From positions 6,666,485 through 6,730,484 of the forward strand of contig NC_134027.1 of NCBI RefSeq assembly GCF_964204645.1: a stretch of DNA of 64,000 bases, in the 5' to 3' direction. Under the pieces are notes generated by a model. It saw only the letters and a list, made by a program, of their open reading frames with translations. It did no database searches and was not told the DNA's origin. Shown in pieces: positions 25,001 to 40,200 of the stretch (positions within the stretch are counted from its first letter, which is position 1; each line of letters begins with the position of its first letter). The position numbers and the translations under genes are program-made. Source of the DNA: Tubulanus polymorphus (lineage: Eukaryota; Animalia; Nemertea).

Positions 25001-28000
25001 TACACTCCGCAATGGTGGAGATACGTAATGTTATCACTAGGATAAGCGAGGACTGTGTTGCAAAAAGTAACGCCGCGCATTACGGAATTGTACGAATATC
25101 AGCAATGCAAACTTCTCCGAGATTCTGACCAAAAGTCGTTTTCAAATTAGTCGCCATATCGTGTGTTTTCACACGCGAGGTGGATACCGCTGAGGGGGCA
25201 GATTCTTTGGGAATGGCTTATTGTCTTGTCCAGTCGACGGGTACGCCATTCCTTCGGGGAAACATGTAATTAGGACGTGTCCGCTCCAATATGAAGTCAC
25301 ATCACGCCACAGAGGATGAAATCACCAACAACGCTCTGAGTGATGAGCATATGAAAATATTGATAATGACATCGATCAATAGAACGGGGACCATATAAAT
25401 TAGTAATGGGATAATTAGTGAATTATTCTGTTAATTCGCTCGTGGTCTCTATCAAACTATTGATGTTTAAAGATTGGCCAGATACGTGCAGAATGGAAAG
25501 TCTAATCGCAAATTGATTTCATTTCCAACCTTTTATTAGTTTGATGATGAAAGCATGGAATCTTACACTAGTCAAGTCCATGGTGACAGTAAGCGTAAGC
25601 GCTCTCTGCGTTATACCGAGCGTCCCAAGATATGTTGCGTGTTTTTACAACGGAAATAATTGAAGCCGAGCACTTCACTTGCATCTTAAAGCCTCCTGCA
25701 TGCGGAAATTTGGCCGGCCCGGATAATCCCGAAGAAAAATACGTCGATGGTTGCATAATGAATAGTAGACTATCAGATTTTGTTTACACGCGGTAGGACC
25801 GATAATAGACACGGTCAATACTGCCATAAAACCGAGAAAAAACTTAGGCCAATATAACGGTTTATTTCTAATGAACATCCAACCAGATCTTAGCTTTTAT
25901 TGGTTTATGGCTGAATAGTGTGATTGGAAATATTTTCATTTTCGACAATGAATTCGTTGAAGCATGGAGTTTAGAGTCCATGGATGACGCAATCTGTTAA
26001 ATCACATGTTTCTTCGAATCAGTTTTGAGTCAATGTATCTGTGATAAGAGCCTCCATCAGGAAAAATGGAACTATAATTCCATTGCGCCAGTCTTAATTG
26101 TAACTGCTTCCTGAATTAAAGAGAACTAAACTGCTAAGATAAAAGTTTCGATAAAACACTTTCAAAGTTCAATTTATGTGTTAACGTGGTCTATCATTCC
26201 CAGTTGGAATTCCTTACATCACTGGTTTAGAATGGCTTTCAAAGTGATTTCAAAATGGCTTTCATCATCGCCTTTATTTAGCTCTATTTAGTTACCAGAA
26301 ACGTTGTTCGAGTATTTCTGATCCACGTCGTAAGGTATTCCCACTGATGGGATAATATTGTATAGTGCTGATTTTGTCGTCGACTCGACAGTATTGGAAA
26401 TTTCCAATCACTCAAAAACATCTGTAAAAGAATTGTCTAAACAGTCGCATAACGTTAATAACCTTATCTGTGTATTACCATAAATCGGATAAGAATCCGC
26501 AATTTACCACGCTACTCTCGAGACAAGAGGACTTAAAAGACACGTAGTCCGACCACTTAGAATCGCTAGCTGCGATCATCAAGATACTAATTGAGAAACC
26601 GACCACCAGGTAACGACAACAGCGTGAGGAGTTGTCGGCACACTTGAAAAAGGATGAACATTCCCCCAGCCAGTGTCCTCTTCAACATGCAAGATGATTA
26701 GCGATCAATGAAATCATATATGAAAATCTCACTTCAAGGGTTATTCAACATTGATCCGATTTTAGTATTTGGGGCCACTGCTGGTTGGGCCCAAAGTGCT
26801 ACTTACCAAGCACCATTATTGAATATGGATATTTTCAAAATTCTTTTTTTGAAGCTTCTTTGGTTTTTCTTTGAAATATGGTGTCAACATTGAAAGGTTG
26901 GAACACTCTGCTGCAAGAGTTCATAGCTGCCCGAAATAGTGCTGTTCCAATCCCTCTCATATTCTGCCTCTTATTCTAACAAAAGAGCTAATGTTAACAT
27001 TTCCCAATTACGACAAATTCAAAATGATCTACATCAAATGCATTGGTTGTTGTTTTGTTGCTCCCATCCCTGTACGATATTTACTAAGGCGCGTTCTATA
27101 TCTGAAATAGCGCCCAATGTATGTGAAATGAAAACAGTAATCGTGTATAATGTAACCAGAAGATGAATCAGAAATATATCTCCCCTACTTTAGGCTGTTT
27201 ACTCGCCGACGTTCATTCATCCACATCCAAAAGTATTTGCATATCATTACTGGTTGGGAAAGAGGAGGTAGGATTTTCTGTGCGGTAAACGTCATAGGAA
27301 CGGAAGTTGAATATTAGATAAGTAATCGTAGATCGAAGGGATTATAATGACGAGGTAGTGCTACAGTTTAGAATAACAAATCAAGAAATTGATGACGATT
27401 GCCAGTTAACAATTTCAAATGACAATTTCCGAATTTCTTAATGTCAACTGTGTTTGGGAACTTTTTCGATTTAATCATCGGTGCACATTCGTTCGTATGG
27501 CAGGTAACGCATTGCATTCCATTGGCCCATCCATGGTTGTGGCAAAAGGTGATCTTTTAGTCATATATCTACGCCAGAGGATTGAATTCCGATACATACA
27601 AAATACCACATTACATACCCCAAGGCACGGGTAAGGCTAAGATCTGGACTTAAGGGCCATTAATATTACGATGAAGCGAATACGGAATGTCCCGTGTGTT
27701 GTATTAATTATCGACAGCTAAGGGCATAAATCGACCTCATCGACAGAAGAAAGATATTGAAGATAGAATAGACAATGCTTCATTGTAAACCACACCGAAG
27801 CAGCATCTGTGAGATGTGCCATGTGTATATGGCATTTGTAAACTTGTCAAAGTCGCAACTTAGTTGAAGCATAATCAATCATAAGTGTATAAATGACGAT
27901 ATTTTCGGGTTTTTTTCGAATAAATTCTAAATCGTACACTTTTTATCACGTGCTAAATGCTAATTTTTCATGAAATAAACAGTGATACACAGAATGATTA

Positions 28001-31000
28001 TGACCTTTAGCTTTTCAAATTAGTTAATTTCGTTATGTTTTTCTACAGCCGCTGTTAGGGATTATCAAACATTCTGGGCATTTCACAAAAAATTGTTAAC
28101 CCCGGTGTGAGAAATTAATCTGTACGATAGTAAAAAGTTAATTCCTTCAATAGCTTATTACCCTCTGGTGCAGGTAGTTGTGTTGAGGTAGATAATGACA
28201 CGTGACAAAATCAGCTTTGAGCAGCCAGTTGTTCTGATAAATCGCGTGAATACGAAGGTCATTTTTACGGTCAACATGTCAGAAACAGGAAGAGATATGT
28301 ATATTGTGGGCCTAGATACGAGTTTATCTGCGGAAGAAGACACTATCAAGAATCCTTATAATCAGCATACCATGTCCCCACTCATTAATTTAGATATCCG
28401 TAGTGATAATCGATACCTATTTTGAAATTAATCTTTCATTTTTCAGAGAAGGTTTCGTCTCGATGGCATTCTCCTTTTATGTGACATCCACCGATAGGTT
28501 GTTTTTTTTTCTTGCGACTCTATTTACTTACTGCAAGGGAACTATTAAAGGTAACAGTAAGATCAAAATAGCCACGTTACAAGGGCCGAAAATCAATTAA
28601 TCCTAACGTGTGTCAGTTGCTAATCCTAGTTTATCAGGTATTGAGGATTATCCAGCCCATCAACCTGATACTTAAACCCGCCAATTGTGAGTGCAATATA
28701 TTGAGACTCTTGGTAAATATAACATCAACTCTCGCAGACTGCTATCTTCTTCCATCATTTCAGTATCGATGTCTTCTATACTTCGGGCTATATATATCCA
28801 CGCACTCAATGAACAGACCCTGATAAACGATGATAGCGTTCGAGAAATGAACGTCATTCAGGCGGCAACGAAGTAAATGCGTCCCATCAACGGATCATCA
28901 TCATTTACGTATGATTTTGCTAGATTCGAAATGATTTGCAGATTGTTTTCTTTTCTTTGCTTACATAATGCTTTACGCCTTTATGCGACGGTAAAAAATG
29001 GTAGGTATTCAAAGGAAGACACATACGTGATATCTATTGCCTTACTGTGTCGACGTAAAGGCTACGGGAAATCATAGCGCGATCAATTCTCATATATTCA
29101 ATCAGCGCCTGATCCAAACCAGGAAACAAGAACGGATATTCGACGGTAATTTTCACCCTGTCAACCGCATTGCCCGATTACGATAGTTGCAATTAAGTTA
29201 ACGTAATAAAAGAATTGAAGGAACGCCAAACAAACTCGCATCATGGTTCAAGAGCGGTTCAAGAATCCTCACCGCGAAAGGCAATACGAATTCCATGGTT
29301 ATAAGAATAACAGGGGTGTGTCATCCCAACTGATAGAAAAGTGGGGATATTTCAACGAGATTTTGTGGTATATAACATACGTTTATGATTATAAAGCTAT
29401 TCCTTCTGTATTAGAAATTGTACACTAATTACAAGTCTATTCTTTATGTTGCGATCATGTTACATGCAATGAAGCCTCTAATCCATTAATTAGACACCAC
29501 CCGCCATTAGAAAAAAAGTTAATGTCTGGGTCTTTTAACAAGATGTACGTCACGGTGAATGTGGTTTTTTTTATACATCTCAGCACGAAGGCAAATATTT
29601 GATATAGATTGCCATTAGCGTTACGCCTGGAGTACAATTGGAAAAACAGGGCAATGGAAGATACATAAAAGGGAAAATCACACGACAAATGTTTCAGCAT
29701 TCACACGATGAATTCAAATATTCACACAACAGCATCCAGAGTTCTGATGAAATAAATGTGGTGATGGTGGCCAAATGCATCAGCCAATATATGTATACTC
29801 ATCGTCGATTCGTCTGCGGTAGATTTCGATCTAATCGCGTGATATTCGATTTGACGCCCACATTTGATTCTCATCAGACATACGCGGAACACGTATTTAT
29901 GCAAAAAAACGACGTTTTCATATTACGTGCTTTCAATTATCTGCAGAACCAGAGCCGCATTTAAATGTTACAGACTGTGATCTATTCACATTATTCAAGA
30001 AATCTTGCAGTGGAGTCCGCCATCACAGCATAGTGTTTACAAAGACTATTCCTTTTGTCTTTCTTTAATCTAGTCATAAACTAGCATATCATAGGCAGAC
30101 GAAACGCACTGGTTCAGCATGGTTTTTATGTTTAAGTATTAATGATTCATCGATATTCTTTTTTCAGAATTTATTCTACAAAGGCAGTGCATATTTTTGT
30201 GGCTATCAATGATTCCGATCAACAGAGAAGTCATAGAAAGCCGCAAGAAAACAGCCTTTATTTAGTTTGCGACGTTTAATGGCTCGGATAAGTCAAACTT
30301 AATAGCAAAACAAAGCTAAGCGTGAAACCAAACAAGAGCCCATTGTGCGAGAAACGACGCGCACAATCAAAATGAAACAATAGGCACCGTAAAAGCTTTT
30401 CCCAACCGTACATAACAATATCATACCGAGCGTAAAACGTAGATTCTTATTGTAAATGAAGCTACGAAGAACGATAAAATTCTCTTCAGTAAACTTTGCA
30501 ACTCTTAACTTAATGCGATATTGAATGATTTTTTTTTTTTAATGAGAAATCAATTTCGAAATTTTCATTTCGTGAAAATCAAACTTACTTGAAATTTGTA
30601 ACGTTTCGCTTCTACGCCGGAGAAATATTTGCGGTTTTGCTGGCTTTGAAAATCTGCAAACGGTGGTCGAAAGATAACTTGCAGGTTTCAGTCGGTCGCC
30701 ACTGATTGAACATATAATGCTGACATTCACTGCATGTTGATTATGAGAGCGGATAAATCCTGCGAGTTGCGCGACACTGTCCGTCGTCGTCTGTCCACAG
30801 AGTTCAGAAATAGTTACGATGGTGGTTTGTTGCCGAGATGAACACACGACAGAGTCCCCATAAAGCGTACAAGCTCAAATCGATGTAATGGTATCTGTAT
30901 CACCGGAGTGTTCGCGTCGCTTCGTAAGAATCTATCGGGTCGGATACTAAACAAACGTAACACGGTCTAATGATATATATGATCTGCTTTCATATAACTT

Positions 31001-33292
31001 AAAAGGGAAACGCAAGCCATTTCTATGTTAAGTGTATTTCATTTCTTAATTTCATTAACTATCTCTTTAGTTTCTCGCCTTCGTAAAGACGCATCTTTAA
31101 AACACTAAGTACAATGTATATATACATTTTGTTTTCAAATAAGGCGCGTAATGCATTTCATCGCATTATTACATTATCAAATAACCTGGATGCAGATCAT
31201 GCGGCCAATTTTTACGGTAAGATAAAATTCTCATTGCAGAACTAGTAAAGCTTTACGAGATTTCGCCTAATGCAAATTTTACACTCCGTTTATAACCGCG
31301 GGTTTATTGATATTGACATGTCTTTAAGGGAAATTGTTTGAAGAACACGAACTCACCACGAACGTTCGTTCCTAATGAAAATTTGGTCATAATTAATTCG
31401 CTATTGATTCTTCGTCGTTTATAGATTTACTTATTTTAGCTTACAGTTGATAGAGGCCATTTTGTTAGGGTACTTTTGTCCTGTATTGTTGAGTCGTTGT
31501 TGGTTTTCTCTTTTTTTTAACTATCTGTGATGCGTGTTTTATCATATCTCATTGGTCCATATATGGATTTTTCACCTTCGGCAGCATTCAACCGTAGGAA
31601 TCTCTAGTTTTCAGTGTTGTAATTCATTTCTCAAATTTGCAACAATGCGACATGAGAGCGATATAAAAACCTGCGGCCAGTTTTTGCCACGCGCGTAAAA
31701 ATGCAGGGCACTCAAATTCGGTATTTCTAGTAAAAATTCTCGAAAAAAATGCAAATTATCTTTTGTAAATAAAAATTTAGCACACGCCGTGGTTATTCGG
31801 GACACCATCAAAAATATTGAAAGGATGCTTAGAAGTTGAGATTAGAGCCGAAAACTATAAGAAACATTCAATGGTTCTCTCGCAGATTAGATTGAGCAGT
31901 TTCTTTTAGATAAGATATCATGCTACTGTAGAGCGTATCAGTAAACAATATGATACAATCAAATTGACAAGGCTAATCTGAATCACTGATTGCACTGGCC
32001 AACAAAAATCTACGTGCGTGGGTGGCGTCTTCGCTGTAGAATTGAGGGAAACGATTTTTTCCATGAAAAGTTGCAACCCAGACAAGTCAGTTGACCTGCT
32101 TTTCCCAATACTGGCACCAATGATTGGACGATTATTGTGTTTGGAGTATTGGTTACGATTTAATTTCGTCAGTTAGGAATGAGTTGTTACGACTTAAAAT
32201 GAAAAATCTAAGTCCATGGCTATAACATGGACTCTAGCGTTCATGGTTATATTGAAGTTTTTTTAAAATGAAAATGGCTCTTGTAACAACCAAAACAGAT
32301 TCCGAATGTTTCCAACGAAACTCCGACGCCATCTGTTGAAGATCTTTGTCCCTTTCTTGGCTCTGAAAATTGTGGCGGTTGATTCTGCCAGTGAATAAAA
32401 GGAATCACACACGACTGACAGGATTGCTTATATCTTGAAACTTAAACCAGCTATACTGCATAGGCATGAGGCAATTTACGACTATGTAGAACAAAAGGAA
32501 AAGAGATTTGAATGTAAATGACTTTTTTTCATCGTATTCAACATCAACAATATATAGCGTAAATACAAGGCTGGACGATATGTGCGCTAAAATCTCTCGA
32601 AATATGCTTTTTGATCCTTTACATTAAAATAAGATAAACAAGGGATCACATTTTTGGCCAGCGAAAAAACTGGGCTATTCGTGATATATCTTTAATTTAG
32701 ATAATCTAATTCATTTTGTCATGGTTCATTCACGTTTAATACTTATGTATATATCAGTTTGACAGATGACCTTTTATACAAGAGGCACAAATAAAGCTTG
32801 CTTAAGGCACCACGAAAAATATATCGCAGAATTAATCATCAATCACAGTATTATCTATTTGTCTTATCCCAATCCAATTTGAGCTTTTACATTGAGTAGT
32901 GCTTGGATCTTCATATAGTTCTATATACATAACATGATAACAATGGTAATAAGCATTTCCAAAAAATGGTGAATTCTGAAATTATTCCGAATCAATGAAA
33001 TAAAAACTAAATGAAATAAAAGTTCATTACTCAACACACGATGTGCTGAGTTGCAGAATACAGTAATATTTTGATAAAGCGTCTTATGTTAATCACAAAT
33101 CTAGATCTAACTATAATTCATATTTTTACATTTTTTTTCAGTTGAATGGTTGAGGCACTATTAACAGACATTTACAGGATAAAATACATAGGCACCATTG
33201 AAAAACAAATGTCGTGCCTACAGCAGAATAGATACAATATACGTAGATGAACTAGTATTTGTACAGTTACGGCAGTATTCGGCTTATCACCC

Positions 33293-33436
33293 CTGGGGCC
33301 GGTTGCATAGTCATGGCTTAGACTTAAGACCAGTCTAAGACCAACTTAGTTCTATAGCCAATCTAACAACTTAAGACCAGTCTTAAGATTTAAGACCACT
33401 TTTTGACTTAAGTCACGACTGTGCAACTGGCCCCAG
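33293..33436. mobile_element. MITE (PIF/Harbinger-like non-autonomous DNA transposon)
   Basis: TIRs of about 28 bp: ctggggccggttgcatagtcatggctta versus the reverse complement of the right end, ctggggccagttgcacagtcgtgactta. Internal (c)ttaagacca repeats. GGGCC termini flanked by CWG. Confidence 0.8.
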
Positions 33437-34263
33437 ATCATACAGGCTCGTATCCATTATGACGAGTAGATAGATATATTCTCAGTTTTTCGAAGTTGCT
33501 AAGCAAAACCCGCAGTTGATGATATCAGAGATTATTCTAACAGCTTCGAGGTTTTAACTTAACCTCGTCAGCTGTGGGTTATCAACTTATCAACTAAGTA
33601 TCCATTATGTATTCTGTCAACGCGAATTATTACCGCTTTAAACAGCTTTTCATTTTAAGATTTACAATTCCATATGCTGTACACGTATAAAACCCCCGTT
33701 TACCCAACAAACACTTTAAACTTTAACTAGCCGTATCCATCATTGCATCCTACACTTTTCATCCCAGCCGTCAAATTTCCGACATTTCCATCGGAAGATA
33801 CCATGGAAACGTGGTTGGTGCTTTCGAAAACTCCAATCGAGAGGTGTTGTCATGCCGTTTGAGGTAGATTCCTCTGAATAACACCGCACACGGCTGCCCA
33901 TTTATCACAAAATGTTGTTTCGAGTTAACCGTGTAAGGAGAAATAGTTATATAGATGGCTCTGTGGCAGTTCATAAGAAAAAGTACCAACCAACACGACA
34001 ATAGTTAACAGCGAAAATGCCCTTAATGAATATTGTATAACACGAATTCATGAATGATCATAACAATCTTATAAATCACCTGGATATAGGCCGCTCATCG
34101 AGAGTGGAATTAGAAAACCACTCACCTAGAATCAACAGTTTTCTACATAGCGTAATATATATATGATACAAATCCTGAGCCGAAGCCTGAAAGAGATCGC
34201 CATCCTAGAGTGTCGGTATTGGATTGTCTCGCTTTGGGCTAATAGATGTGAAATCTGAACTAT

Positions 34264-37200
34264 TCAAACAGTTTCAGCATCACCAGTTACTTCCGATATT
34301 GAAGGGTAATCCGGAACCACAGTGAAACTGCCGTACATTCCATTTTCCTCCAAGAAGTCGGAATTGTATTCTAAATCTAAGTAAAGCTGAAAATATGAAA
34401 ACACGTATAACTTTATTCAAGGAACTTTATAATTCCGCAGTTATCGGATGAATGAATACCTCGTTCGAAGTTAACTGCAATATCCGGTCAAATTTCTCAA
34501 CGAGTTCACCGAAGTTGGGTCTATCAGCCGGTTCCGCTCGCCAACACTGTAACATTATCGTGTATCTGAAAATACCGCATCAACGTTATTTCGTTTTTTT
34601 TTAGAGGGCAGTGCTAACACTTTCTTGTATATAGTTTAGTTAGTTCTTAGAATATGATTGTGTGTTATGTATGTAATGTTATATTATACATGTTAAAACC
34701 ATATTATGAAAAAATTATCATTATCATCATCATCATACATTTCTTCATCGCAGTAATCTGGTCGACTCATTCTGTATCCAGACTTCAGCATCTCAAATAT
34801 CTGCTCGACTGGAATACCGGGATATGGGGAACCTCCAAGTGTAGCAATTTCCCAGAGTAAAACACCAAATGACCACACATCACTTTTTGTAGTATACTGT
34901 CCGCTGAGTAATGACTCCGGGCTCATCCATTTGAACGGAAGGCGGCCCTGAAGTAACAAGTCATTATAATGAATGCTTAAGCAGTTCGTGACGAGGAATA
35001 TACGTTTCAGTAATGAACCTACTTTTGTTACTTTAAAGTAGTATCCATTTTCGTAAACTTCTCTAGCGAGACCGAAATCAGATATTTTCGCTACCATATT
35101 ATCAGCCAGTAATATGTTGCGCGCTGCAAGATCCCGGTGAATGCACTGAAAAATTTGAATTATTCATTGGATATCGTTAAAATGGAAATTAATTGCATGC
35201 ACAACTTTCCTGCTCTGGGGTCCACAAAGAGATAAAAGGTTTCCGAAATCCTGCTATGGAAATATTTTTGACAGTGGTTCATTAATCTCGAGATACAGAA
35301 TTAGTTCTAGGCAAGAGGGCTAATTCATTTTTATGCATCTTTTCTATTAGTGTTCTCCGTCAGAAAATCTGTTTACTACCAAACGAACCCAAACCGTTTT
35401 TCCACTACAAAACACATCCATACTGCGCGAATATAAAGCAAGTTACAGCTGCTCTCGAAGTCGGCTTTTGATCTCTCACAACAACAACTTTTTTTTGCAA
35501 AAATCTAGAGTGGTGTCTTACTTATGTTTGATAATACCGACCTTGACACTCCCAAGATGTCGCATGCCTTTAGCTATTTGCCAGATGATGGATATCAATT
35601 CGTTATCTTTCATCAACGAATATGTTCTACTTTTCTCATGATGGGAAGGGGACTTTCGGCCGTCAATCGACTCCATCTCGACGTCGTGACGTTTCTTTTT
35701 CAAGTAATTAAGAAGATTACCCGGTTCCGCGTATTCCATGACAATCATCAGTCGACCTGAAGAAAAAATCTTCTTTCATCAGAGGTCACGTCGCAACATT
35801 CCCCTCAATTAATGGATTCTACGTGTTGGTGCAACAACACCCACTCAATCCATAGCAAATCAATGTATATGTAGTGCAAGGCAGCAAAAAATTGGAAATC
35901 TAACCATTCTTGAAACTAGCTCCGAGCAAGTTGACGATATTAGGATGATGTCCAACGTAAAGCATTTGCTCCAGTTCAGTCTTCAAAGCTTCTTGCTCTT
36001 CAATCGATGCGTTTGCTATAAAAGATGCAGCACATAGTGCATAACTATTATGATATGTGTCTATCCAATGTTAATCTTATTTCAGTAGATCTTCGATGAA
36101 TTTTGGTATCATTTACCTCTTAGTTTTTTAACGGCCACTTTCAGCGGTGTTTGGTTTCCATTGTGATTCGACAAGTACGCCTCGAACACCTGACCGAAGG
36201 CTCCTTGTCCCAACAGCGCGCCTAGTGTGATATTCTTCTGGTGGATGAAGTACTTTGGCGCTAGAAAACTAATGTAAACATTGTCCACGGATTGCTGTAG
36301 CTCAAATGCGCTAGTCATTGACTGCGTTTCCTGCAATAAGAGGAAACTAGTTGAACCTTTCCGAAAGATAATACCTTCTGAGCAGCTTTCCATGGCGAGA
36401 ACGCAGTGTTGAGAAATGACCTGGCATTTAAGAAACACGAACGTATCTATCTATTTGTAATCTCGCTCCTTCAAATCCCATCTTCTGATGCTTGTTTCGT
36501 ATTGTCGTGGTGCAGTTTTAGAAATAGGATGGATCATCAACATTTATAGCATGAATGAGGTAAATAAGGCATATCATATTTTCATATCAAAAAGAAGGCA
36601 AATAAGAAGGGGAATTCACTGTTGCCAGTCGCGTCGATATGGAGCAAAGAGGCAATTCTATCGATTAGAAGCTTTCTTCAATTCACCTCGTAAAGCGGAT
36701 TTTCTGATTTTCCAGACTTTCTCTTCCTGATTAAGATGACCACGATGACGATGAAGCAAACGCCACCTACAACTGCACCTACTACTCCGGCGATCCAATG
36801 AACAACATATTCCCAATCTACAATATACACAGAATTGTATAGCTGAGGAGCAACTTACCTCCAAACATAAATGCTTTCCAAATATTTCTAATCGTTAAGA
36901 AAAGATATTAGAGAAATATGGAGATGTTGAATGTCTGGAAAGTTGTCAGCAAAATACCACTATTAATGAGAATATATATTTCCCAAATTGACAAAAATCA
37001 AGATATTCTATTCATTTTCATGTCGTATGGCATCAATCTAAGAAATCCTAACCGTTTCATGGCATTTCGTGAATATTTTTATTTTTGATACTCCTCTGGC
37101 AAAGAAAAAATCTGATCACATTCTCCTCCAAATCGATGAAAACAAAGAAATGTTTGAAGCTAACTCTAACAACCGATGAAAGAGATTGTTTTGATAATTT

Positions 37201-40200
37201 CTTTCGATGTATAATAAATAATAACCAGTATCGGCCGCAGGTGTTTCCTCTAGCATATCCTTTTTGTAGGATTATCAGTATTTCTTACCATTTTTGTTCG
37301 CTTCATCAGACGATTCTTGTTCTGCGCTGTTTATTTCGCTTTGAGTGGATGGCGGCGTCATTAGACCTGGAATAAATGAAACATGTCGTGACTGCTGATA
37401 TCAGAAAGAGAGAGAGAGAGAGAAAATGTTAACGATATTTTTAATAGTGTTTTAGAATTTCAAAAGAGTGAAATTAAAGTAGTGGCACGTTGATTACATG
37501 TCACGAAATGATCAATCAACTATGATAGATAAGTCAATGATACCTTGTTCGATGAGTTCTTGGTTAGGATACTCCTGACATTCGCCGTAACGAGGGTTGG
37601 TAACTTGAACGAATGTGCCGAATACGCAAACGCACGAATTAATGCTATCCCTTCCAGAATCAGCTTCGGTCGTCGAATACATCGGACATGGTTTACAGCT
37701 TAGGGGGCCCGAGTGGTCTTTGTACGAGTTTATGGGACACGCTGAAAATTTAGAAAGACCATATAGATCGATACATAAGAATCGCCAAAAGACGATATTG
37801 ATATCACGTTATATGATCCCTGTACATAAACTTTATATGATATATGTAATTGTCTTAAACTGTTTGATACAAATTTTCATGTAAAACATAATTCTTCATT
37901 TGCCCGAATCAGCCACCATAACGAAACTGGATCAAATGGGAATTGAAATTTGTTCACTGTTTTCAAGAAATTATTTTCTTTTTCGTCCTTTGATTCGAAG
38001 AATGAATTCTATACGAGCTATACCGTACAATCGTGCTTATCGTGCTTTCAATTATTCGCATCTTTTTGAACGGGTGCGTTGAGAGATGTAGTGAAATATA
38101 CAAGACGAGTAGTGTTGCTATTGACACGGAATCTTCTCTTCAATTAGTCGTAATAACCCCCACCGCCTAATTTTACGGTCTTGTTGGCAATAAATCGGTG
38201 TTGCTATTTATCGAGAAAAAGTGGCCTCACGTTTGCTGGTAAGACCTTTCAGTAACGTCTCAAACGCTGTCATAAACTAGGAGCAATAAAACACATAATT
38301 ACGTTCGCAGTTGCCTTCCTGGTCTTGGGTATAGCCGGGCATACAATCGCAACTGGTAGACGCCTCGAAATGCGTCTTGAAACCAGGCTTACAAACGGTG
38401 CATGGGTAGTTGCCGGGTTGACTTTTGTACGTACCAGTGGGACATACTGTGAAGAAAACAATTTAACTATCATAAACAAATTATGCATGATTAGTAAATA
38501 ATGAAGGCTGGTTTATTACAGAAATTCTCTGTTTGCCTATCACGCCCATCCCTCCTTCGAGGTATTCGAATAATACACAGAAATCACGAAGTTTATAGTT
38601 AACGAAGCTAATCTCAACCTGATCCCTTGACAAGTTCGCCACCAGTGCAAGAATGGCCGTACAAATTTGGCATGCATAGATGCATGCAACATAGAGAAAT
38701 CAGCTGGGGCAAAGTGCGGAAATTGTTGCATTACGTACGTACTCGTGTATTTTTCAAAGATATGTATAAAAATTAATTTACCACACCGAAATCTCTGTGG
38801 ATCCTATGCAGTTAACTTAATTCTATTCAAGAGAATTATTCCATTAATTCGTATTACCTTCGCAACGTTGAGACGTTTCGTTGAACGTATATCCCGCCAT
38901 ACATATGCAATCAGCCGGCGTAGTGGTATTGCCGAAATAAGACGTAGAGAACGGTGGGCAACTTTTACACGAATCTGTCACCATTTTCAGCCTGTGTTGC
39001 CCGTATGATCCGGCAGGACAAACTAGAATGAATATCAGTTCCAAATGCGAATGAAAGTCCTAGAAGGTGAGGTATCTTTTTATGATCTACGAAGTACTTA
39101 TTTGTAATTCTCACCAAAACAGTTCGAGTTCGCACAAACGCACGTGGTTGAATCTGAGACATGGTTTCGTTTCGCACAAACTCTATTTCGAAGAAGGCTG
39201 CACTCAATGTCACCTCGTGAATCGATGTTACAAATTCGGGGCGAATATTCTGAACGCGAATGTTGATGAGAGAGGTTAAATCAAACTGATTGAAAATTAG
39301 ATCCAACACATTTATGCGCTTTAATGCGCTCTATATGTATAAATCTGATTTAAAGAAGCTTACAAAGATCTAACAAAATGGCTATTTTTGGTCGACCTTA
39401 ATAGTAATATTAACAGACTTTTTTTCAACATTAGAAGAACGAACGCCAGAAATTTGAACTAACGTGATTTCAAAAATGTCAAGGGGCTTACCACAGGTCA
39501 TATCTCGCAGCGAGGCTTCTGAAACTTGGATACCGTTCAGATGAGCCGGTGAGTGACATATAGGTACGCTCAATACGGTTTCGTTTGGTTCGTTTTGGTG
39601 ACGGTACCATCGTGCGAACCAAATAAAACGACAATCGCAATGAAACAAGTTGTTGCCAAACTTTCTATAATAGATGATTACATTAAGTGTCGTCATTTGA
39701 ATCAATAGCGAATCGTAATGTATCAAGGTAAACCCTGGTAATCTGTATCACTTCTAGATTTATCGATATTGCTAGGTTTCTATGATACATGAAAATACGT
39801 AGTACTTACATGTTTCCAGCTTGCATTTGTAGAAGACGATCAAGAAGTGTCCGCGGCAGAGTTCTTAACTGATTCCTATCAAGCCATCTACAATCGTATT
39901 GGAAGACCTTTAACCTTTTTGTTTTGATAATTGAGGCGACTTTGATTAATAATAATCAGTATGAGTGAATATAGATATGCGTATATTCTACAAAACCCTG
40001 CGACAAAAACAAATGTCGTTATCGGATTTGTTTATCGAAGCGGGAGGGAATATGTTGAATAACATTTTCCATGCATTATCCTACCTAGCGGCGAGTTTTT
40101 AAAGTCTATATCATGATGCACGATTTCGCATTGGACGTAGTTTATCACCGCACAGAGACCACTTCCTCATAGCGCACTCAGCAACTGTTTTTCGCGCTGA

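Noticed and set aside
25568-25756. SWDARYN...AYC as the missing discoidin N-terminal exon
   Set aside because: An in-frame stop precedes any usable donor, and the resemblance is weak.
28183-28195. let-7-like seed TGAGGTAG
   Set aside because: The rest of the mature let-7 sequence and the hairpin are absent.
28195-30847. ORFs at 28195, 29638 and 30539 in the gene-free interval
   Set aside because: No recognisable homology or splice-supported chain; lengths are within chance expectation.
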